Shown: piece by piece, positions 38,817 through 48,800 of the stretch
Layout: the number at the start of each line of letters is the position of its first letter
Position numbering within the stretch: position 1 is the stretch's first letter
Source: a virus
Strand: one strand, 5' to 3'
Virus record (IMG/VR): IMGVR_UViG_3300032285_003860
Length of the DNA stretch: 64,000 nt
The notes under the pieces: generated by a model
The model's input: only the letters and a program-made list of their open reading frames with translations
Told to the model about the DNA's origin: nothing
Databases searched by the model: none
Made by a program: the position numbers and the translations under genes

Positions 38817-39615
38817 TTTATTATTATTTGTAGATTATCAGGTTCAAAGACAGGGCTCTAGTTTTAGTAATAAAACAGGGCTATTCTACCCTGCAAATCG
38901 CACTATAAATGGCTTAACGACCTATACTTGTGCCTATAAACAGCTTTGTAATGATACCTCCATAAGTGGGGCAACAGTAATGTCTGGGGTTTATATCAAT
39001 GGCAATTATACCCCCGTTGGCACAAGCGGCTTATATGCCATAAATCACTATCAAGGGGCAATACATTTTTCATCTCCTCCTGCCTCAAATGCCGTTATAA
39101 GTGGTAGTTTTGCTGTTAAAGATATGGCAGTATATTTATCTGACCAGCCTGATTATAAGATAATATTTGAGGGTAAATACCAGTCCAATCCTAAATATGG
39201 TGACGTGCCATCTGGTATGCCATTAGATGTAAGTGTTGCTCCTGGGATATTTCTTGTGCCCAAAAATCAAGAAAATAGACCTTTTTCTTTTGCTGGTATT
39301 GATGATAATTACAATCGCGTTAGAGCAATCGTTGTCACAGATAGCGTTTATCAAAGGGTCGCAGTATCTAATATTTTAAAGAATTTGAGACTAAAACCAT
39401 TGCCATTGGCCACCTCTACGCCATTTGATTATCTTGGAAATATTACTGGTCAAAATGCCTATAATTATACTGGATTACCATTTGCTTCAAATATTTCTCC
39501 AATAATTATGACCGCAAAAGCAATTGAAATACCCCAAAAAGCAGAATATGTTGATATTTACAAACAATTTTGCATGGTAGATTTTGAAATATCTACTTGG
39601 GCAGGACACATGTAG
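38782..39615 (+). CDS. putative tail terminator / neck protein
   Basis: TTG start with AAGGAGG at 38769-38775; directly before tail tube. Confidence 0.5.
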   Translation: MIPQLDNQILSNLLLFVDYQVQRQGSSFSNKTGLFYPANRTINGLTTYTCAYKQLCNDTSISGATVMSGVYINGNYTPVGTSGLYAINHYQGAIHFSSPPASNAVISGSFAVKDMAVYLSDQPDYKIIFEGKYQSNPKYGDVPSGMPLDVSVAPGIFLVPKNQENRPFSFAGIDDNYNRVRAIVVTDSVYQRVAVSNILKNLRLKPLPLATSTPFDYLGNITGQNAYNYTGLPFASNISPIIMTAKAIEIPQKAEYVDIYKQFCMVDFEISTWAGHM

Positions 39616-39702
39616 GATTCATTTTTTTTTCACGAAACAACTAAAAAAATGTATTAATATTCAGAAGTTAAAATCATTTTTTAAACAAAGGAAAAAATTT
39701 AT

Positions 39703-40608
39703 ATGGCCACAATACCAAGAATAGTATATTTTGCACAGACAGTGACAATCAATTCTCCATCTGCTGGAACACTTACTCTTCCAATCAGTTCGGCGAATAT
39801 TGAAGTATCAAGACCAATTGAAGCGATCAGCACTTTCGGAAAGTTTTCTTCCTTAAATACTGCTCAAACCAATTTGACTACTTGCAAGAGCACTTTAAAG
39901 GGATATTTAGGGTCTGCATCGGGGGGCATATCTGGATTTACTGCCTCATTCTTAAATAATTTAATCACGGACACGAAAGCCAGCAGCGGTGCATCTATTA
40001 CTGTTTCTCCTGGTGGTTTTGCTATGACTGGTATTCTTACAAGTCTTGGCATCGACATTTCGATGGGTGGTTTTGGTATGATTGATTTAGGATTTGCCGG
40101 TATTGGTAACCCATCAATTACTGCTCCAACTACTACTTATGCTGCTGATCCTGTTAGTTCATATGCGATTTCTCCAATTACTACAATGAGTATCGGAACT
40201 GGTGGTGGATTAGCTAATACTTATGCTACTTCAATTAAATTTTCTTATGATTTGCCAAGTGATACACTCTCTGCTCTTGGAGATAATCCTAATGCAACTC
40301 AAGGAAATTTAACCAGTCAGATGGCTACAAAGCCTCCTTATAAAGCAACAATTAATGTTGAAGGACATGGTGTTGATCCAACAAAACTTGATACTAATTT
40401 TGCTGCCGCTGTTTATGGTATTGGTGATATTGGAGTTGCTCTTCCCAATGCTAAAGTTAGTGCTCGTTCAGTAAATAACGCTGCCGGACAGGTCAGCGAA
40501 TCATTTGCTTATACAATTGAAGATACGACTGCCACACTTACGACAGTTTCTCTTGGAGCTTATAGCCAAAATGGCAATACTCAAACAAGCCCAACTTACG
40601 GAGCTTAA
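39703..40608 (+). CDS. major tail (tube) protein
   Basis: 301 aa, T/S/A/G rich with apparent two-fold internal domain; AAAGGA RBS; followed by terminator, chaperone-like genes and tape measure. Confidence 0.7.
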   Translation: MATIPRIVYFAQTVTINSPSAGTLTLPISSANIEVSRPIEAISTFGKFSSLNTAQTNLTTCKSTLKGYLGSASGGISGFTASFLNNLITDTKASSGASITVSPGGFAMTGILTSLGIDISMGGFGMIDLGFAGIGNPSITAPTTTYAADPVSSYAISPITTMSIGTGGGLANTYATSIKFSYDLPSDTLSALGDNPNATQGNLTSQMATKPPYKATINVEGHGVDPTKLDTNFAAAVYGIGDIGVALPNAKVSARSVNNAAGQVSESFAYTIEDTTATLTTVSLGAYSQNGNTQTSPTYGA

Positions 40609-40625
40609 TTCTAATTACAAATCAC

Positions 40626-40657
40626 AAACCCTGGCTTCGGCCAGGGTTTTTTTGTTT
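40626..40657 (+). terminator. rho-independent terminator after tail tube
   Basis: AAACCCTGGC-TTCG-GCCAGGGTTT plus T-run (UUCG tetraloop). Confidence 0.92.
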
Positions 40658-40674
40658 CTATGTATCTTTTTCTT

Positions 40675-40681
40675 GTGTAAC
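40675..40681 (+). promoter_or_regulatory. GTGTAAC variant late promoter
   Basis: after terminator, 30 nt before ATG 40705, with AAAGGA RBS in between. Confidence 0.6.
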
Positions 40682-40704
40682 TACATTTAAGGGAAAGGAA
40701 CATT

Positions 40705-41052
40705 ATGAATACACCAGAGAGTAAACTTATTGCCATAACTTGCGATAAAGAAATAACGAATCTTTATAAAGACTTCTTAGAAATCATTGAAGACCTTCAA
40801 AAAGACCATTCTATTATGGTCGAAAAAATAAAAGAAAAATACGGTGAAGAATATGCTGAAAACATCAATTATTTTAAACCCGTCAAATACGATCAAATTA
40901 GAAAAAGAGTGCTTGATCACGGCAATGAATGCAATAGAAGTTTGTTAAATTTTCTTGGATTTTTTGATTCAACAATCAATATAGAAAAATTAAATAAAGA
41001 AAAAGTAGTTTATAAAAAAACCATTGTTTCTCCTCCTTTCTACATAGAATAA
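40705..41052 (+). CDS. hypothetical protein (tail assembly region)
   Basis: 115 aa helical ORF. Confidence 0.7.
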   Translation: MNTPESKLIAITCDKEITNLYKDFLEIIEDLQKDHSIMVEKIKEKYGEEYAENINYFKPVKYDQIRKRVLDHGNECNRSLLNFLGFFDSTINIEKLNKEKVVYKKTIVSPPFYIE

Positions 41053-41068
41053 TAATAAGAATAAAATT

Positions 41069-41953
41069 ATGGAAAAAGTAAAATATCTTTATGAATCAAC
41101 CGTCCAAAAGACTATTGAAGAAAAAGTGACCGAAAAAAGACAGGAAAATGGTCAAGAAATTGAAGTTTCAAAAACCGTTAAAACCAAAAAGCCCTTTAAA
41201 ATTGCGGTACTAAAGCCTGATAGAAAAAAGTTTAAAGAGGCAGAAATTTTCTACGCCAAAACACTTTCTCATTATTTGAAAGAGGGTCTTCTTCCATATT
41301 CTCTTGTTTCAAAAAGATACATGAATGATGGTGGGCCATTGAGTGACGACGAAAAGAAGTTTATTAATACTCTCAGAGAAAAGTATACAGAAATTCAAGA
41401 AGAATATTTTTCTATGCCTTCGGAATTAACTGAGGCCCATAACAAAAGACGCGCAGAAATTCTTTTAGAAATGACTGACATCAACAAGATTCTTAATGAA
41501 ATTCAAAATAATTATGCTGAATTATTTGACAATACTGCCGAATCCAAGAGTAAAAATGATACTATTGAATGGTGGATTTTGAACTTGAGTTATGCTGATG
41601 AAGATGGAAATGGTCTCAAGCCTTTTTATGGCGAAGAAGATTTCCAATCTAAAATGAAAAAGTTGGAAGCTCATGAAGCTAAAGATGACCCTTTTATTAA
41701 CGAAGTAATAAAAAAGCTTTCTTATTTTATTAGCTTCTGGTATGCCAGCAAATCACAAATCAAAGACGAAGATTTTAAATCTGCGGAAGAACATTATAAC
41801 CAAAATGTTACAACTTATCTTCAAGACGAAGATATTGCTGCCGCCACAGAAACAAAACCGGCAGAATCTGTTGCTCCCCCCACGCCAATTGTTGAATCAG
41901 TTGCTGTTGCCGCCGTTGAAACTCCTATTGAAGTTGCCTCAACGCAATCCTGA
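41069..41953 (+). CDS. putative tail assembly chaperone
   Basis: charged helical protein between tube and tape measure. Confidence 0.5.
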   Translation: MEKVKYLYESTVQKTIEEKVTEKRQENGQEIEVSKTVKTKKPFKIAVLKPDRKKFKEAEIFYAKTLSHYLKEGLLPYSLVSKRYMNDGGPLSDDEKKFINTLREKYTEIQEEYFSMPSELTEAHNKRRAEILLEMTDINKILNEIQNNYAELFDNTAESKSKNDTIEWWILNLSYADEDGNGLKPFYGEEDFQSKMKKLEAHEAKDDPFINEVIKKLSYFISFWYASKSQIKDEDFKSAEEHYNQNVTTYLQDEDIAAATETKPAESVAPPTPIVESVAVAAVETPIEVASTQS

Positions 41954-41959
41954 TAAAAT

Positions 41960-42823
41960 GTGGAATCGTTTAGAGAATATAAAGTTTCAGAAATAGATGA
42001 ATTAAAACTCATCTATTATGAAATTATTCACGGCAGTAGTTTTGAACCAGACATTAATCTATATATAAAACATTTTTCAGAATTAGAATCATTTCTTATT
42101 TTAAAAAAAAGAACAGAACTGTTTCATTTCTATTCTAAAGAAGGCGTACCGCATGAATTAGAATTGCTCAAAAATGCCATAGCTACAGAAGAATGGTCAG
42201 AAGAAAAAGAAAACAAAATTCTTGAATTTAAATATTTAATTTCTGACAACGAAAAAAATATTCATAATATTATACCTGAGCAACGTGCTCCCATTCAAAA
42301 AATCATTGATAATACAAAAGTACAGCTTAATGAAATGCTTTTTGATAGAAAAGGCATATTGGGCAGAAGCATAGAAGATCTTATTGATGATGATATAGAA
42401 GATTACTTATCCTATCTTTCTTTTTTTAAAGACGAACCCTGTACAATTCCATATTTATCAGATTATGAAGAATTTCAAAAACTTGAAATGTCTGAAATTA
42501 ATAAATTTAATATTAGTCTGGGAAAGACATATAAGAAATTTTCTGAAGAAAACATTAAAAAAATAGCCTGCTTACCTTTCTTTTTAAACAAATTTTCCTA
42601 TTCAAAAGAAAGAATTGATGGATTTTTAGGTAAACCAATCAATTCATTGACCAACAACCAAACCTCTTTATTTTCACTAGGGGTAAGAAATTTAAACGTT
42701 TTATCCCATGCAAAGGGTAGTCCTCCCGATGTATCTCTTGAAGCCAAACCCTTGGATGTTTTAAAATGGTATGATATACAGCATTCCATTATGATTGCCA
42801 AGCAAAATCAATCTGATTCTTAA
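41960..42823 (+). CDS. putative tail assembly chaperone 2
   Basis: GTG start; directly precedes tape measure; helical with coiled-coil centre. Confidence 0.5.
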   Translation: MESFREYKVSEIDELKLIYYEIIHGSSFEPDINLYIKHFSELESFLILKKRTELFHFYSKEGVPHELELLKNAIATEEWSEEKENKILEFKYLISDNEKNIHNIIPEQRAPIQKIIDNTKVQLNEMLFDRKGILGRSIEDLIDDDIEDYLSYLSFFKDEPCTIPYLSDYEEFQKLEMSEINKFNISLGKTYKKFSEENIKKIACLPFFLNKFSYSKERIDGFLGKPINSLTNNQTSLFSLGVRNLNVLSHAKGSPPDVSLEAKPLDVLKWYDIQHSIMIAKQNQSDS

Positions 42824-42842
42824 TTGTTTAATCTAAAAAATA

Positions 42843-42849
42843 GTGTAAT
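42843..42849 (+). promoter_or_regulatory. GTGTAAT candidate late promoter
   Basis: 37 nt before ATG 42880. Confidence 0.68.
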
Positions 42850-42879
42850 TACTATTGTTAATTAACAAAGAATAAGATT

Positions 42880-45800
42880 ATGGAAGATAATTTAGGCCAG
42901 GTAAAGGTATTAATAACTCCAGTAATTGATCAATCAAGACTTGATTCTGGGATAACGGATGCTGCTGAAAAAATGGCAGCACGTTTTGACAAAGCCTTTA
43001 CTGGTAGAGGTCAACCACTTGGAAGAATAACTGGCAAAGTTACAGAGTTTGAAAAATCAATGGAAGCGGCAAATGCCCGCGTTATTGCTTTCGGCGCTTC
43101 TGCTGGTGGTATTTATCTTGTTAAATCTGCGTTTGATAAATTAGTATCTTCAACAATTGATGTAGAAAAAAATCTCACAAATATTAATATGATTTTGGGC
43201 TTGGGAAGTTCCAGCCTAAAAACTTTTTCCGCAGAAATGTTCAAAGCTGCCTCTGCTTCTGGACAAACATTTGAGACTGCTAGTAAAGTTGCCCTTGAAT
43301 TTGCTCGTCACGGTGTAAGCGCGGTAGAAACCTCAAAAAGAATGAGTTCTGCAATGCAGTTAATGAGAATTTCTGGTTTGGATGCAGGAGAATCCGTTGA
43401 TGTATTAACTGCTTCAATTAACTCTTTTAATAAAGAAGCCTTGACATCTGCTGATGTTGTAAACAGACTCACTGCTGTTGATACAAAATTTGCCGTTAGC
43501 GCCCAAGATTTAGCAAAGGCAATTGAACGCGTAGGTTCAACTGCTGCTGAAGCTGGGATACAATTTAATCAATTATTAGGCTTTGTTACTGCTGCTCAGA
43601 CGCAAACTTCTCGTGGTGGCGCAGTTATTGGTAACGCTTTTAAATCAATCTTTACAAGACTAGCTCGTCCAGAAGTGCTCTCTGATTTGCAAGCCGTAGG
43701 CGTAACAACAAAAGATGCTGCTGGGCAAATTTTGCCAATGGTCCAAATCATGAAAAATTTGGCTTCCCAATATAGTCATCTTGGTGCAGCTCAAAAATCA
43801 TTCATATCTGAAACTGTTGGCGGTGTTTATCAAGTCAACATTCTCAAGGCATCTTTAGCAGATTTAGGAAATGGAATTACTATTTTTGATAAAGTTGCCG
43901 CCACTGCCGCAAATTCTGCAGGGGTTGTTGATAAAAGAATGGCTCAATTAAATGAGACAATTTCTTCTAAATTAAATGTTTCTGCAAATCAATTAACTGA
44001 ATTATTTTCTAACTTGGGTAATGTTTCTTTCGGTGGAAACATGAAAAAGGGTCTTGATAGCGTAAATAGTCAATTGGACTTTGTAAAACGTCAATTGGCC
44101 GATTTTTCAGAAGATGATACTTTTGGACAATCATTTGGTAAAACAATTGGCAGAGGATTGGCTGATGCATTTGGTAATATTTTATCTGGACCAGGGCTTC
44201 AAATTGGAGCGATGTTGTTGACTAAAGTCGTTGTAGGTCTTGGTAAGTTTGCAATTGACGCAGGTAAAAATATGATGGGCATGACTGATGCCTTAAAAGC
44301 GCAGCAGGGACTTTTATCTAGCGTGGGTAATTTTTTACAAAATCATAAAACTTTATTAGCAGAGCTTGAGTCTGGTCAAATAAGCATAAATGAAGTGACT
44401 GAACTTTATTTAGCAGACCTCGGAAAAGAAGAAGCGCATTTCGCTGCAATGGCCAGATACCAAAGAGAAATTGCTAGTTTGGCTCGACCATCTTTAAGCG
44501 CAGAAGCATTTGCGGAGTCCAAAACAAAAGGTGCTTCAGCAGGATATATTCCCGCTTTCGCACAAGAAGAAAGAGATGCCAGATCAAAAGGGGCATCTCC
44601 CAGCGTTAGAGCAATGTTTGGTCCAAATATCCCTGGGATTGGTCCAACAATTATTAATAGTGAAGAAGTTGTAAAACAAAATTATGGTGGATCTGGACAG
44701 CCAGCAATACTTCGTACTTATGGACCCCCTGGACCAACAAAACTTTCAGGAGGACTTGTTCCAAATTTAGCAAATATTTTAGGAACAATATCTGTTGAAG
44801 GAATAAGATACCAAAAGCCTGATAAAAAATCATTTCAAGATTTTGATTACCCATTTATAGATTTATTGTCAATGATTCAAGGGCAATATGGCAGACAAAT
44901 TCTCCCAATTTCTGCCAAATCTGGAATAGAAGCTGTATCAAAAGTTGGTCATCCAGGAAATTGGAATATAAGAGGATTTAACAAGCCTGGAGCAATTGCA
45001 AATTATCTTCAAGAATTATCTCGCCCAGAAATGTTTGTACAAGAAAGTTCTGAGCGTTTAAGGCATATAAGATCAAGTAAAGAAGTTTTTAAAAATCGTT
45101 TTATAAATCAAATTGGTGCGTATAATACTCAAGGTTTTGAAAATTTAGAATTTTTAAATCCAGTTGTATTTGGGGCAAAAGAGAAGGGCCAGGAAATATA
45201 TCATCAGATGCAAAAACAACCATTGTTATCTTCTGCTGAAGAATTTCCCGCAATAAAATCGGCAAGAAATTTTCCTTGGTATAGAGGAGGAAAATCTTTT
45301 TCTCCTACAACTATGGTTGAAAACGAAAATATTATTCGCGGTCCAAAAACATATGGCGCATGGTACGAAGATTATATTCAAAAATTTTTAAAAGCTCATC
45401 CAGATATTCTTTCGTTAATTGGTCCAGGAATGACTACAGAAAGCCAGGCTCAATTAAATCAATTATTAAGAAATTTTTCTAAAGATTACGAAGGAGAAGA
45501 GAGATTTTTTGAAGAAAAGTATATAAAGAAATCTGGTGGACACATTCCAAACTTTGGAAAAATAATTAGCAAAGGTGGTTCTGATCTTGATCTTTCTGAA
45601 GATGGAACATTAAAAATACATTATCTCGCTTCATCTATTTCTAACAACGTTTTTCCCGAACTTCTTGAAGCATTAAATTCTGGAGAAATAACAAAAATAG
45701 ATGGAGGAACAATTGTCGGCCCCAAAGTTCCAAATTTAATTCATCATTTATCAAAGCTTTTACCAAAGTTAAGAAAAATAAATCCAAAAATACCCAGTTC

Positions 45801-48800
45801 TATTCCAATAACTGGTTATTTTACTCCTAACGATTTATATCGTAATGCTTTCAGAAATAGGGGCGAAATGGTAACGCGCAATGTTTTGGATTCAGAACAT
45901 CAAAAAAAATTAAAGGAGCTTGCTTCTAGTCAAGGATTAAGAATTGTAAAAACCGGTAGTTATACTCGTTTTGTTAAAAAAGAAGACAAAAATGATTTCA
46001 ACACTGCTTATGAAGTTAAAGTTCCTGGAGAAAGATCTCCAAGATATGGTCTTTTTACAGAAGAAGATATACAAGGAATATTCCCTCAAGCAACATTTAC
46101 TCCAAAAACGCAAAGAGATCTATTTTCTAGTAATACAACCGCCAGAAAAGATCTTACGCAATTAAGAGCTGCTGTCAAAGCGATGGCTGGCGCAAACAGA
46201 CAAAATGTAGAAGATAGATTTGGTAGAGAATATATTGAATTATCAAAAGTTTATCCTCGCGGATTGGCTTCGGGATATAATCCTATTGCCGATGCATTTA
46301 GCAGAGAGAATTCTCCAACTGCAAAGCTTGGTTTTTCTTCAAGAGTTAAAAGTTCTGGAAATCCTGGTGGAGCATTAGTTTATGATTCTTCTTATCAAAA
46401 TGGTCCAGAAGATGCAATCAGACAACATCTTATGTCTGGAAGACCAGACGTAGTAAATGCTGGTACGCCTAATGAAAAAATTCCAAACTTTGCAATGGAT
46501 ATGTCTGCTATTTCAAGCATTGCTCTTGGCGCAATGCAAGGCACAGGACTATCAGACTGGACATCTAAAAAGATGCCTGAAATTTCTTATGGCTTTGATA
46601 AAATGCAACATGCAGTTGGTACTGCCACCGAAAAATTGTTGTTGATGCAAAAACAGTTGGAAGCAGGTCAAAATGTAAAATATGGTGGTCAATCATATGC
46701 ACCAGATCAATCAATAGAATTAACAAATGCATTTAAAAAAGCTTTTGATGAAAAATTTAAAGGCAAAGGTTTTCAATTTGGTACATCTCAAGAAGAATTA
46801 AAATCTCAGCAAGCGGCCTATATTCCTTATATTCAAAAAATACAAGAAAAAGAACAAGGAATTCGTTCTCGTGGATTTGCTGCAAGCATGATTGCCCCCG
46901 CAGTTGGGGGAATTGTTTCTCAGGGGCTTCAAGCTGGTGGGTATCTCAATGCTTCAAAAGCTGTGTCAGCATTAACAGATAGCGCCACAATGGCTGCTCA
47001 ATTCATGATAGCTTTTCCAAACAGAGTTGGAACAGCACTTTCTGGTGCAGTAATGGCTTCTGGTGTTTCTAATGCTCTTAATGAAATGGTTTATAAAACC
47101 GGCACTTTAGAAAGAGCATTTGATTTAACAAGTACAAGATTAGAAAAAACTGCTTCAGCAGTAAATACAATCAATCAAAGTTATGATGCACTTGATTCTG
47201 CATTAAAATCTGGATCAATAAGTACTAGTCAGTTAGTTGCACTTCAAAGAAATTTAGCAAAATCTTATTCAGAATTGGGTGCAGTAAAAGGTGGCGGAGC
47301 AATTGTCGCCGCAATGAAAGGTGCTGGCACAGCCGAAGCAAGAGCAACGGCTGGGGCAGAAGCAGTCGATGCATTACAAAATGAAAGAAATAAAAGTTCA
47401 TTTCAATTAGCTTTTGCAAAACAACAACAAGCTCGTTCTGAATTTGGAATTAATTTTGGAAAAGGAGCGCAAGGAAATCTTACTCCAAGAAATAGACAAG
47501 AACAAATTGAAAATATAGAATTAATGCGTAGTGCTGCATCAAATATTCAAGGTGAATTTATTACTGCCCAAAGTAAAAAGGGTGGAAACGCAGAATTGGT
47601 ACAAAGAATGGCTACAGGAGTAATTTCTAGGTCAGATGTTGAAACAATTAAAAAAGGGGCAAAAGAAACAGAATCCTATAAAGACTTAGAAAAGGCTGAC
47701 CCAAAAGCTGCGGCTGCTGTAATCGAAGAATTAAATAGACAACTTCAAGAGGTTGCTATACCTGATGACCAAATTTCAGCATATAAAGAAAGTCTTGCAA
47801 AATTAAAAAGTCTTCAAATTCAAGAAGTTTATTTGCGCCAAAACTATAATCAGTCTCTGCAAAATAAATTGCAAAGCGGTTCAATTGCTTCTGCGATGGC
47901 CAATACCAAAAATATATATGGTATTCAAAGCAAGGGAATACAAGAGGGTTACGAGTATTCTAAAAAAGAAAAAGGATTGGGATTAGAAGCTCTATACACT
48001 GGTGAGCAGTCAATGATTTTAAAGAGGGGAAAAGAAGAACAAGCTCATATCGCAGAACAAACTAGTCTCAAAGCTCAGGCTGTTAAAGCTCAAGGTGGAG
48101 CAGAAATTGGTTCTTTAATTAGCGGAGAGATTGGAAAATTCATTTCTTCATCTTTGGGAACGGCGGAAGCTTCTGGAAAAACTGGTACGGTGCAGCCAAG
48201 TGAAGCATTGAGTAAAGCAACAGAATATCTTGGCGCCAGACAAAAAGAATTTTCTGGAGCAGGAGGGGCAGAAAAGTTGTTTGAATTACAACAAAAAGCT
48301 ACATCACCAGATGAATTTGCTAAAAGTTATCTTGGAGAATTTAAAGACTTTCAAGCTGGTACTGGGGGAAAAGGTACAGAAGCAGATTACAAAACTTTAC
48401 TCAGTCAAATTTCAACAATGTCGGCGGGAGATATAAATGAAAAAATGCTCAAAACTCTCCTTGATATTCAAAAAGTTGATGAAGAAGGTAACGCACAGCA
48501 AAAAGAAAGCTCTGATCAAATGATTGCTGCCATTGCCGCTTCTAAGTTTAAAGAAGCTGCTGGCCAATTAGGAGGAACAGGAATTTTAGATAGAAATACC
48601 TTTCGTCAACAACGCAGAGAAATAAGAAGAGCAGAATCTAAATTGCGCTCAAGAGATGCCGGAGTAAGAGGCGAAGGGGCAGCAAGATTATTGGCTGCAA
48701 TTCCAGAAAGTCAAAGAGATTATAATGACCCATATATTAAAAAATTATATGATGCTGCCTCTGGAGGCATAGCAAGTAGACAAGCTCGTACATTACAAGG

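Noticed and set aside
41069-42823. programmed -1 frameshift joining the two tail chaperones (lambda G/GT type)
   Set aside because: both ORFs are in the same frame separated by TGA TAA; the A AAA AAG heptamer at 41710-41716 reaches TAG within six codons in -1
42855-42868. TTGTTAATTAACAA palindrome in the tape-measure leader
   Set aside because: short, AT-rich, single occurrence; plausible by chance
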